A stretch of DNA of 38,509 bases, taken from positions 1 to 38,509 of the forward strand of contig CAXIUT010000219.1 of the NCBI GenBank assembly GCA_964035545.1. The letters are read 5' to 3'. The DNA comes from Bugula neritina (taxonomy: Eukaryota; Animalia; Bryozoa). The notes beneath the pieces were generated by a model. That model worked only from the letters and a program-made list of their open reading frames with translations, did no database searches and was not told the origin of the DNA. Positions within the stretch are counted from its first letter, which is position 1. Every line of letters starts with the position of its first letter. This document shows, in pieces, positions 10,542 to 22,566 of this stretch. A program made the position numbers and the translations under genes.

Positions 10542-12068
10542 TCATTTGAGCTAAAATTATTCTAAAATATGATTACTAGACTCTTTATGATGTATTTTAG
10601 CTGCTTTGCTTTCTTATTTACTTGATTTCTATTTTTTAACTAAAGAAAGATAGTCGAAACTTGGACTCAAATTTTCTTAACTACTATGTTTTGATAGTCT
10701 TTCTTCATCAATTATTTCTTCTATTTTATTTTATAGTTTTTGATTTTGAGTTATTATGGTATATTTAGATTATTTTTTTCTATTCAGATGAAAATGATGA
10801 GTTAAAATCAATTGGTGATTTGGCACCTTCCTATTAAGCTTTTTTTGATTAAAAAAACCTATAACAACCTATTTTAAATATGGAAATAATGATCAGTAAT
10901 ATTTTTAATCATACCTTCGAATTCATTTTATAGTTCTTTTTATCCAAATTATACTACTTTGGCACATATATTTTCCATTTATTTGATTTATTGCTATACT
11001 GTACATTTAATAGTTTAAAGTTAACTTTGAAGAGAAGTTATTATCTTTAAAAAATTATAGATATTTTAGTTTTGAATAAATGATTCTCTTTGATGATTGA
11101 AATTAAGATATTATTCATTGATTTATAACTTCTAAAAACTAAGTTAATCTTTTTGACTCACTTCATCATTATCCTTAATTTTCTTTCTCACAACACTCTA
11201 CAATTATCTTTCTGCATCATAGTTATAAATAATGTTTTATTTATTTAATCTAATGCTATTATAATACACAATATTCTTACTATCTAAATTTATTTTTAAC
11301 CTATTGGCCCAATTGTTCAAAGTATTCCATATTTTATCATTAAAACAGATTCCTTTGCCTGTTTTATTGATAGTAGCATATTAATTATGAATGCCTACTA
11401 TGTATAGTTAATCATTAATTGAGGTTAAGATGGGGGCTCCTGATTGTCCAGAAATAGTGGCCATATTTTTGTAATAAATAAAGTTGTTGTGGATTTTAGT
11501 TAACTTACCTTAATCATCTTTTAAGATAGTAATAAAATTATAACCTTATTTTTCTATATTTTTGCTGAATTAGAGTGTATCTTTTGCATTGAAATCAGGA
11601 AATCCTGAAACATATGCTGGAAAATTAGATTATAATTATATTTAGAGATTTATTAATGATTTTATTGATTTCTACCAGATATGGGGTTGGGGTTGGGGTT
11701 GGGGTTGGGGTTGGGGGTTGGGGTTGGGGTTGGGGTTGGGGTTGGGGTTGGGGTTGGGCAAAGTTCTTGTCTTTTTCAAGTTTAATTAAAATATTTGTAC
11801 TGTGATCATCTAGCTGTCTGCTTTGGTCAACAAAAATAATTCTTATTTCGGTGGCAAAAGATTGAATTTAATCGATATAAATGTTATGACCTGAAGTCAA
11901 GATAAGTTGATCTTAAAGTAAGAATCCAGTGCTACAATGGATGGTTCCGATTTTCCTTTTATCATTTCTCCAATATGATCTGATTGCTACCTGTCTAAGT
12001 CTAAAATTTTCAATTAGTTCTTTTTGTTTTAGACTAAAATTTTACTCAAAATGTTTAAATAGTTCCAT
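10542..12068 (-). CDS. Trypsin-like (V8/glutamyl-endopeptidase-type) serine protease with charged C-tail, interrupted by a telomeric tract
   Basis: STGFLLEDQLILTSGHNIY (catalytic His) lies right of the tract; YVSGFP..TISGQSGAPIL..IVGIH (catalytic Ser) lies left of it; two 1-nt homopolymer breaks in the tail (10851-10857, 10773-10779). Confidence 0.8.
11683..11758 (+). repeat. Internal telomeric tract (GGGGTT)n, 76 nt
   Basis: G4T2 array with one G5 unit; unique sequence on both sides. Confidence 0.95.
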
Positions 12069-12149
12069 TTGGTTAATCTTTTAATCCGATAATGATAATA
12101 TATCCAAAGACATTATTTAAAAAATAAAAAAAGTTGCAATTTTATATCT

Positions 12150-13180
12150 TCTTATATAAATAATTAATCATTAAGAACAGATAGAAATAATTAAAGCCCA
12201 ACAGGATCAATAAGACACTTTAAAATATAATTTGAAGGAAAAATAATTTGTTGATTTTCAATCATTTTAACTCTATTATGTATTTATCTTTAACTCTATC
12301 TATCTCTGATATATTTTTTTTGATTTTGAGCATCTAGAAATTCTTATAACTCCATATTTTAGCTCTTATTGGTATTATTCTTTTCTTGAGTTTATTATTA
12401 GAATTTTTCATACTTTTTTATCTCATCTAAAAGTTGTTAGAGTATTCTATTGATTTTAATTCTTTTTTCTGAAAATATTGGAGTTAAAAGTAGAAGAATA
12501 AAGTACTTTGGAATGTTATTTTTAAATTTGTAATTTTTTTTTGAAAGTTGTTCTTTATCTTTTCTGAGTTTCACAAGTTTTTAATATATTGATAATTTGG
12601 AATGGATAGGGATTATTGGGAATAGCAATATCTATGTTGTAGTCAACCCAAAATGATAAATATAGTTACAGACCAAGTGACTAGGATTCAAGATCCAACT
12701 CCTGATGTTAATCCTGTTCCAAGGTCTATGATACAGCCACCTCCACAAGATAATCAACCAATAATTCCAAACCTAAATAATCGTCCTAATAATCCTTCTT
12801 GAAAAAAGAACTTTCAAACTCTGATATCATGATGATTTTTTACTTTATTTCTTAATGATTGTCATTGATACTTGGCCTTTTTATGACCTTTATATACTGG
12901 TTATTAGTTAGTTGAGAGATTCTTCAAGCAACAACTTGTTCTTTCTTTTTCTTTATTTGATTCTGGTATTTTTTATTTAGATTGTTGTCTTATGTGGTCT
13001 TTTTTATATTTGTTTTAGATTGATTCGATTACCTTAACTTCTTTTCTCAAGCATGGAATGTTATTTGACTTAATTCTAAGTCTTTTGCTTCTTTTCTCAA
13101 TCTTTCGAAAGATTAGGGTTATTTATGTGTTGATGAGGATGTTGTGAGCGAATGGTAAATATATAGTAGAATGGGGAGCA
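12150..13180 (-). other. Unresolved, probably coding or degraded region with broken frames
   Basis: Minus strand is A-rich with K/E-rich open stretches (e.g. ILEQLLDEIKKYEKFEEETQEK), but I could not build a single ATG-TGA model. Confidence 0.3.
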
Positions 13181-14001
13181 TAATAAATGATTAGAAAAGT
13201 TGAAAGAAAAGGTTTATAAGAAGTCTACCAAGATCTGAATGTCTTAGAAGGTTGACTGATATTGTTTTTTGCTATTGCTTGCTTCAAATTTAGGCAAAAA
13301 AGTCAATAATCAGACTCATCAGTATGATGGCCTAAGTTCATAGAAGAACTTAGAATTGACTCAGAAGGGTAACATTTCTTCTCATTTCTTCCTAATAACA
13401 CTGATTCAAAAATTGAAAAAAATCTTTTAAGACTTTCAGATCATCAATAAACCTCGAAAAATTAAAGTTTCAAAAATATAAATTGTCATCAATTTTCACA
13501 TCTATAGTTAAAATAATATTACCTTAAATAACTTTTTTGCAAGATTTATTTTTTTAAGACTTTCAAATAAGTCTAGCTTAAGAAAAGTCTAGCTTAAAAT
13601 GGACTTAAAAAATCGCATTAAGTTAAGGAAAAAGCATTCGAAGAGACCTTTTATGAGTTCTAGAAGAGTTCTATAAGTTTTTTCTAAATTTTAAGGATCT
13701 GAAGTAAAAGATATCAAGATATACTTTCAACTATTTGATTTTAATAATTATAAACTGAAAAAAATATCATTAGAAGCATCTTACTCTTTAATAAGCACTA
13801 ACATTTAACAAAATTTATCGATTTAAAAATATTTTTAGACAGATTTTCGATCTTTTTATCGAATTAAAGAAAATTAATAACTGATAATTCTTTTTCTTCA
13901 TTTGATTAAATTTTAGTTAGAATATAAATAATTACGAACGAATGATGAGATATTCAAATCTATGATCTTTTATAAAAGTATTGAAATTATATTTATCAAC
14001 A

Positions 14002-14792
14002 ATGGCATAATAAGAGCAAGTGTTCTACTCTAAGTAAGATCTAGAATGGGTCAATAGGACAAGGACTTTAATTGTCTCGTCGAGAGGAATAACTTCACGT
14101 CAAAGAGCATTTATTCTATCCATTTTTTCTCTTATGCCTCATTCCAAAAAGTAGTATAAATTGGAAAAATAAAGTAAATAATACTCTATGTAGATGTTAG
14201 ATAGCAAATTACAGAACTTTGCTAAACCCATAAAACACGATACTTCATGTATTTTTAATCAAAAAAGAAAATAAATTTTAGTGTATGGCTTGGTAGATAT
14301 CCCTAAGGTCCTTCAGTTAAAGTTGATATTGATAACATTGTATCAATAAAAGATGTAAGATTTCAAGGAAATTCTTTAAAAGGTTCAAGACCTATTATTT
14401 CTTTTGATGGTGGCTTCTAAAATGGAAAAATGGCTTTAATGAAGTAATTACTAATCAATATTTTCAATGTTCCCAAGTATCATCCTAAAAGCAACGGAGT
14501 AATCGATCATATTCTTAATTTTACCAATGAAGATGATTGTATAAGTTTTAGAAACTATCAGCTCTTTCGAGAGAACGTTAATAAGGATAAAGATATGATA
14601 GATCTCTATGAGATTGGTCCTCGATTTATAATGAAGATAAATTGCATACTTGAAGGAGTTATGGGAGGTGAAGTATTGTATAGAACTGCAGTGTACAAAA
14701 AATAGGCTAAAAAAGGGAAATTTGACAAAAGAAAACTTATTGAAAAAAAATAAGTCATCCCAAAAAATATATTTGGAGAAGAAGAAGTCTGA
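14002..14792 (+). CDS. BRX1: Brix-domain ribosome biogenesis protein Brx1 (intron 14174-14193)
   Basis: WVNRTRTLIVSSRGI, LMPHSKKE, PEGPSVK, GNSLKGSRPIISFD, HPKS, FRNYQ, EIGPRF. Confidence 0.93.
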
Positions 14793-14920
14793 TACTAGAA
14801 CATTTCTTATGTTTTATTCTTCAAATAATTATTTAAAAATAGTCATAAATATCCATGATTTAATTTCTATAAATCAGAGATAGATTTAGCTATTATATAA
14901 TTGACTTTTTTACTTTATAA

Positions 14921-17900
14921 ATGCAAAACACCGCCTTCCTCACAAAGGACAATCTGAAAAACAAGGCTCCTTCTTCAAACATTCCACTAAGTATTGCCTC
15001 TCCCTCAAGAGACCTTTCTTCGGTTCAATATGTCAAGGAACTCATCAATAGCAGTGCTAGCTATCAGGTCATTCCATCAACCCATAATCCTCTAGTGTAT
15101 AATATCGAAGAAATACTTTTAGAAATCCTTCCAATGACAAAGTACCTCTCTAGCTATCAAGAAATATTCTTTTAGATATCAGTCTTCCTTTTACCTATTT
15201 TGGCAATTAGCATGAATAGGGCAATTATTTTGGTCGATATCTCATCTATAATCAACGAATCATTGGAGTTCGTCTCTGTTGTGCTAGCCATACTGATCTT
15301 TTAAAAGAAAAGTCTCCTTTCAAAAAATGGACTTCGAAATTGAAAGCACTCTGGAAAGTTTTTCCCTCTATCATAAAATTTTACAAAAACAACAGATTTA
15401 ATGAAAAGAGCTATCAGAAAGAAGTTATGATTGGAGATTTCATTCTTTCCTTTGAAAATGTAAGAATTCACTTTCTATTCTAAAGTGAAATCAAGTGTAT
15501 ACCGAATGCTTTAGGAGAATCTCAGCAAGTTGGTTCAGAGATATTAAGCATTGTTAATGATTTATCTCGTTAGAATTCATTTGAAAACAGGCTAAGGCCT
15601 TCTAACATAGGCAATCCTTTATCAGGAGAAAACATATTAAAAAATTTTGCAAGGAATCATAAAAAGATTGTGATGTACTGCGGTTCAAGAATTGCTCCTT
15701 TGACTGAACTTTACCTTTCTTCTTCATGGATTCTTGATCACGAGCTCCCCTAAAAGAAAATTTAGCCTCATATTTTCGATGAAGGAGGAGTCTTATCTTA
15801 TGTTTGCAATATCTATCCGAATAAAAAATATTTATTACAATAGTAGCCTCGTAATATCAAGATAGTCCATCAGTTGGTTATTAATGAAAAATTACAAGAA
15901 CTGAAATCAACAAAACCAGGCAAATTTCAAAGAAAATATCCTTTCGGGTCTGGATTTTATGGTGCACTTCCAGAAAATATGTAAAGAGTATTATAAAAGA
16001 TGCACTACTGGTATGTTTATAATACAGTTACTGAGAGAGAGCCTTTTATCATTTCATTGCCATTAGATAATTTTACTTAAGAAATTGTGAAGGAATTCAA
16101 ATAAATAGCCTCTTACAATCAAAGCTAGTTGGGAAAATATATAATCCTATATAAAGCTCATAAAGAAAATATAATTTAGGAGAATGATGACTTGAAAAAT
16201 ATTGAAGTATTTGACTCTATTTAGGATATTAACATTAGATATCAAAGAAATCAATATTTTGTCTTTACTAATAACTAAAAATAAATTACAAATCTTGGTT
16301 CGATTACTTAGTTGAAAGAGAAATTATTTATTTGTTCAAAGTCATTATTTAGCAAAGAGGATATCTAAAACAATAAATAATATTTCAGTCTGGATAGAAA
16401 AATGGATAATTTTGCATAAAAAGTCATCTAAATGAGATATTCTTCATTGAAAACAATTTTTATTGAGAATAGACGTAGTTCAGATCCATTGACAGTTGAG
16501 CAGTTAATTTATTCTTTGAGTTAAAAATTCAAAACTAAAATTAAAAGGGTTTATAGCAGTAATCCTTTCTTCAAATATCTTCTTAATATAAGTAGACAGG
16601 AGATAATAAATTTAGTAGCAGAGCTTGTAGTACAGAATCCATAAGAATAAAAGAAAGGATAAACGAGTTTTTAGAAGTCAAAAAGATTTAATTCTATTAA
16701 TTTGACAGAGGATAAAGAAGATAAAACTAATAAAGACTTTTTTACAAAGTTAGATAGGGCTAGAAAATTATATGGATCTTCTAAAAGAAATATTCAAGTG
16801 TAATGTCATCGATGTAGAACATATATTTTGAGAAATTTTGTATATTAATGCCTTAAATGCAAAATTAAAACCTGTCATTTTTGTTATTAAAACATTAAAT
16901 AAAGACCTGAAAATCCTGAGGCTTATAAATAGTGTTTAGTTTGTAAGAAATTATGTCTGTGTGAAGGATGTTCTCAGAGAAAAAGGCTAAAATAGTAAGA
17001 AAAAAAAAAGATTCAAGCAAGTACCTAAGAGATTAAAAAACTAGCTTTATAATATCCTTTAAGCACTCTTGAATAGTTATAAGGAATCAATATTCAAATG
17101 AAAATGGAGTCGAGTATTTGTCGAATTTGTCAGATTTAAGGTAGAAAATCTCAATTTATCCTAGTATTATGCAGTAAATGTGATTAAAAAGGGTGCTTTA
17201 ATTGTATAAAAGCTGAATAAAAGGGAGTATTTATTTTCATTATATAGGATAGAAAGTTTGTTAAATAATGGCTTTGTAATAAATGCAAACCTATTACAGC
17301 TAAAAGACCAAATTTAGCATAACTAGCTATGATAGATGAGCGAGATGAAGTTCAAACTCCATACCACTAAATGAATATCTAAAATTAATCTCCTGCTTTA
17401 TCTCCTGTTTCTAATCAAGGATCATACGGAAAGTAATTTTTTATTTTATTTAGACCAATACCAAGAAAAAGATCACCTTCTCGATCAGGTAGTCCCAAAA
17501 AAGATAAGAAAATCAATCAGAAAAATGATAGAAGAGGATCTCCTTCAAATTCGCCCAGTCCACCAAAAAATAAAGAACAAAAAAATAAACCTAGATCCCC
17601 TTCCAGATCAGACTCTCCTGTAAAAATTCAAAAAAAGAGAAATCGTTCTCCTTAGAAATCATAATCACCACTTCAAACAAAAAAGCATTAAACCAGAAAA
17701 AGATCTCCATAAGCATCAAAGAGTCCAGAAAGAAAATAAACCAAAAAAAGAAGATCTCCTTCAAATTCTAATTCTCCTGGTCGAGGAAATAGAAATACAA
17801 CGAAAGACAAACGTTCTCGATCTAGATCTAAAAATAAAAAAGATTAAAAGTCTAAAGAGGTTGGAAAGCCTTTATGGGGAAAAGTTGAAGAGAAAACTGA

Positions 17901-18171
17901 AAATAAGAGCAATCAAAGGTCATCTAATAACAATCGAGGAAATGACGGTGGAAGAGGAAGGGGTAGAGGAAAAGGAAGAGGGTATCGAGGTCAAGATAGA
18001 GATAGAGATAGAGATAGAGATCCACATAGTTCAGAGTAGGAAAGATAGAGAGCAGATGCTGAAAAGATAGCTCAAAAAGAGAGAGAAAAGGAAAAATAAA
18101 AAGAATAGCTGAATTCTAAGATATTAGATCTTCCAAAGAAAGATTATTCAAATTACGATTTTGATTATTGA
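14921..18171 (+). CDS. ~1070-aa protein with 4CXXC-type zinc finger, PHD-like finger and RS/RG-rich C-terminus (introns 15142-15161, 17433-17453)
   Basis: Long open frame; CHRC..CLKC..CHFC..CLVC...CLCEGC at ~16804-16971; CRIC..CSKC..CFNC..WLCNKC at ~17119-17286; RSPS/RSRS/RGRG/RDRD tail. Confidence 0.8.
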
Positions 18172-18225
18172 TATCTATGAATTTGTTTAAATTAATTATT
18201 TTATTGATAAAGATAACAGTATTAT

Positions 18226-19248
18226 ATGATAGACAAGGTTGAAGCTGATCTCTCTGAAGATTAAAATGAAAATAAGGTTATTCATGATGATGATAAAAAT
18301 AAGTTAAATTGTGTCAAATCTTTCGGTAGGATAATTAAAAATAAATAAAAGTTGTCAAAGAAATAGCCTCTTACTGATTTGAACATGAATCGATGCTAAA
18401 ATATAGAGGAAAAGAAAGAATAAGTTTATTCAATAAAATAGCTCAAAATAATTCCTTCGTTATTATTTTAAGCAAATATTTTAACTACAAAATCTGCTTG
18501 GAAAGAAGTAAATTATCTTTAAAGATCGAAGAAATATGGAAAAATATATCATTTAAATCATCAATAAGCAAAACAATAATAGAAATAAGATAAATCAGAA
18601 ATAATAAACCTTAATTTGTCACTGAAGTTTTTCCCAATAATTCCTGAATAAAATTAAGAAGATAAAAGTAAATTAATAATAAATAAACAACTATAATCAT
18701 TGAAGAAAAACTAAAAAGAAACTAAACTATTTGGCAAATTAAAGAAAGTTGGAAAATCAAAATCATAATTTATCAGATTGTTCAAAAAGCAAATATAAAA
18801 TGAAATTGAACTTAGAAATCTAAAACATCAGATAACCGAATCAAATAAATAATAAATCTAAAATATTCTTTTATCTGAATACAAAATAACATCTGAATTT
18901 ATCATACTTTCATCATAGTAATTTGATCCTTTTTTCTTAAATAAAAATACTACAGATATCAATGCCTTTACATCTTAGTTGTTCAAAGTATATAAAAAAA
19001 CATGTGATGTTTGGAAGTATTTTATAGTTTAGAAGTTTAATAGAGATTTTATCTAATCTATTTTTGAACAGATAAGAGGAAAAGTTGATAGAGATCATAT
19101 AACTGTAAGGAAATTTGTTAAAGCTTTCAACTAAATATTTGGAGATGATTCTTGTTTACTTGTTAAAGATCTTTATGGTATCTTTAAAAAATTATAACCT
19201 TTTACTCAATAAAATTTTATATCGACTTTAAGTATCAAATAAATCTGA
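18226..19248 (+). CDS. Hypothetical protein, 340 aa
   Basis: Uninterrupted ATG..TGA frame under code 30. Confidence 0.7.
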
Positions 19249-19395
19249 AAAAATGATTTGTTAATAACTATAAATACAAAAATATTTAAGCTAAATAAAT
19301 GATAAACAAACAATTAAAGTATGACTGAAAATGAATTATTTTTGAGATGAGTTTCATATTTTTGAATTATATATTGTTGCTATTTAATAAATATT

Positions 19396-20529
19396 ATGTA
19401 ATCTGTAGAGTAGACCTTGCGTCATGCTAGAGAAGTGTAGTAACGATACAAAAAGTTTTTAGCCAATAAAAAAGAAAACGATAAATCAATGGAATAAACA
19501 CTCAAGAAAATAGATAGAACCCAAAAAACATTAGAATAAACTAAAGGTACTATTGGTCAAATTGATAATCTTTATACTAGACTTTAAAAAGCAATGAGTG
19601 ATTCGATTGATAAAGCTGTATCTTTGTTTGAAAAGAATCAGGCTATAACTGTTGCTTAGCCTGGATTTTAGCCTTTGCATGTAGATGCTAAAAAAGTTGC
19701 ATAAATGTTGAAAGATAAAAAGAAAATATTGGTATTGACTGGAGCTGGCATTTCTGCTGCTAGTGGTATTCCTACATTTCGGGGAGATAATGGTTTTTGG
19801 AGTAAATAAAATGTTGTCATTGATCCTAGTGATCCATAACAAGAGATAGATCCTCAAATTTTGTTGACTAATGCTTTTTATGGTAAGCATCCTTAAAGAA
19901 CTTGGGCATGGCTTAAAAACTTTTATTAAGTAAAAGCTAAAGCTAAACCAAATAAAGGTCATTTTGCTTTATCATAATTAATATAAACACTGAGAGCTAA
20001 AGGTAAATAGGTATGCATAGTGACTCAAAACATAGACAACTTTCATAACTAGACAAAGCAAGCCAGATTATCGAAAAATAAAAATATGAAGGATTATCCA
20101 ATTTACTAGATCCATGGTAACATTCTAAAACTACGGTGTTAAACATGTTCTAAGAAATAAGACAAATTATGTTCATAGCCATTCTAAGCATATCTTGATA
20201 TTCTCGACATGAAAGCTAATCTATTTTGTCCTAAATGCTAACAAAATTTAAGACCTCATATTATGTTTTTCGATTAAATTTACTAAGAAATTTACAATAA
20301 ATCTTAAACTGTGACTAAATTTTTATAAGAAAGTGATGCTGTAGTAGTAATTGGAACTTCGTTATCGACTGGTCTTGCTCATGGAATCGTACAAAAATCA
20401 ATAGAAAAAGAAAGGCAAGTTGTATAAATCAATGCTCAGTGTGAAATAAGACGATCAAAGGTTTGGTGGATGGAAAATAAGGCAGAATTGATATTGGAGG
20501 ACTTAAAGACAGAAATAATAAAAAAATGA
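19396..20529 (+). CDS. Sir2-family NAD-dependent deacylase with N-terminal coiled-coil extension
   Basis: [52 protein letters not shown]. Confidence 0.95.
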
Positions 20530-20652
20530 TGATTTCTTTATGATGATCTTCTTTTTTGATGATATTTTTTTTGATGATGCAATATAGTTTTATAGATATT
20601 AGACGACATACGTGTGTTGAGTGATGATTTGTTATCATTATTTTTAAAAAGA

Positions 20653-21465
20653 ATGAAGTTGATTCTCTTATCTTTCCTCATCATGAGCATTGCCTTCTCG
20701 GAGGTGATTCCATTCAACAACGACGCCATTGAAAAGGTGTTCAAAGAAAACAGTGATGCTCTCTTTATCTTTATTGGAGATGAAGTTGAACAGGCTGAAG
20801 CTCTTGAAGCATTTAAAGCATATGATGCTACTGAACCAGGTTTCGTTATGGCTGTTTCATCTAAAAATGATGGACATGGACTTTACGATAGATTGGCTGA
20901 ATATTTGGGTGTTGACATTACAGCTACTCCTAAAATTCTTTTCATGAATAGCAAGCAAGCTAAATACAGATTTGATTCTGAAGAAATTACATCAGAAAGC
21001 ATCGCTACTTTTATTGAAAAAATCAAAAATGGAGAAATCGATCCTTTCTTGAAATCTGCTCCTATTCCTGAAACTAATGACGAACCAGTCAAAATCGGTG
21101 TTGGAAAGAACTGGAATGACCTAGTTATGAGCCACTAAAAAGAAGTTTTGGTTAAATTCTATGCTCCTTGGTGCGGACATTGCAAAACAATGGCTCCTCA
21201 CTATGATGAAGTAGCCAAAAAATTAGCTAATAACCCTAACATTATGCTTGTTAAGGTTGATTCAACTGAAAACTAAGTTCCGGGAATTGATGTTCAAGGT
21301 TTTCCTACTTTGAAGTTCTGGGGAAAGGACAAATCAGCTGAACCTCTTGAGTTTAATGGAGGAAGAGATGCTGATGGTATTATGCAATGGTTGAAAGAAC
21401 ATACTCAATACGAATGGATTGAGTCTGCTGCTGCTCCTGAAGAGGAAATCGACGAGTCACTTTGA
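20653..21465 (+). CDS. Protein disulfide isomerase family protein (b'-like domain plus one catalytic thioredoxin domain)
   Basis: Signal peptide; LKSAPIPETNDEPVK, FYAPWCGHCK, VQGFPTL; acidic C-end IDESL. Confidence 0.94.
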
Positions 21466-21601
21466 TTAATTTGATTTGTTCATCCATATTTTAACTTATC
21501 ATTCATTTATAGTCTTAGAATATCGAAATAATCATCTAAAATATTAATTTAGATTCTAAAATATGTTCTTATTTTAAACATAGATTAAGAGTGAGATTAA
21601 A

Positions 21602-22519
21602 TCATTTTTTTTTATTTGGTCGATAGAAAATAAAACCTTAGTCTCTTTTACCTTTAGTTGCTTTGTTCATAATTTACTTTTAATTCTTAGGCTCAATATA
21701 AGTAGTTTTGTTTCTTTGTTGGATATTTGATTTGCTAGCTTCAAAAATAGCACTAAAATCATATTCCATCTTTGTCTTAACCAGCTTCTTATTGGTATCT
21801 TTCAAAAACATCTGTAGTTTATTGCTACCAGAAAGATTCTTATGACTGTGATTACTGTTTTTACTTTTATTTTTGCAGTCAAGACTTTTCTTTTTCTTCA
21901 ACATGTTGTCATCATCTTAAAATATATACTAATCTCTCTTGAATCTTAGCTTCAGATTAGTTGCACTGGTTGAATGAGTGAGTTTATTTATATTTTTTCC
22001 TGAAAGATTGACTTCTTTGGATGGTTTTATGGTTTTAAGTAGTTTGTTATATTCTTCAAGACACTTACTTTTTTCTTTATTTTATTTATCTCTCACATAA
22101 TTTTTGATACTTTCACAACAAAGATTGATATATTCTAGATATCATAAATGATACTTTTGAAGACAGCACTTTCTTCCATTTTTGCCATATTTTCAAGAAT
22201 CGAAATGATGTTATGCAAATACAGAGATATAGGCTAGTTAGGATACAATTAGTTATATTTTTAAGTTAGTTCTTTATACAATCGATGCGAATCTTTAATT
22301 TCTCCATTCATGAAGTTATTTTAAATGATCTTCTTAAAAAACTATTCAATGGTATTTTCCATTTCTTTTCTGCTTGCTAAATCATCATATCTATACGTTT
22401 AGGACCATCCATTCGATGTCTCTGTGCTGATGTGACTTCTTCATGCCAGATATTTCTATTTTACTTTTGTGGTAGCGTCTAGGATCTTACTTGGTTAATG
22501 CCTTTTTGAGATTGTTCAT
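21602..22519 (-). CDS. Hypothetical protein (introns 22377-22396, 22135-22154; probable 1-nt error at 22503-22507)
   Basis: Two 20-nt GTA..TAG introns join the frames into supplied ORF 21680-21904; the start needs a homopolymer correction. Confidence 0.55.
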
Positions 22520-22566
22520 ATCAAGTTATTTGGTATTTATGATCAATTATTATATAGTGTACATTA

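Noticed and set aside
12602-12802. 66-aa Pro-rich + strand ORF (MDRDYWEEQ..PPPQDNQP)
   Set aside because: No recognisable motif; with a single stop codon, ORFs of this size arise easily, and it overlaps equally plausible minus-strand frames
17993-18021. (GATAGA)n microsatellite
   Set aside because: It encodes the RD dipeptide repeat of the RS-rich tail
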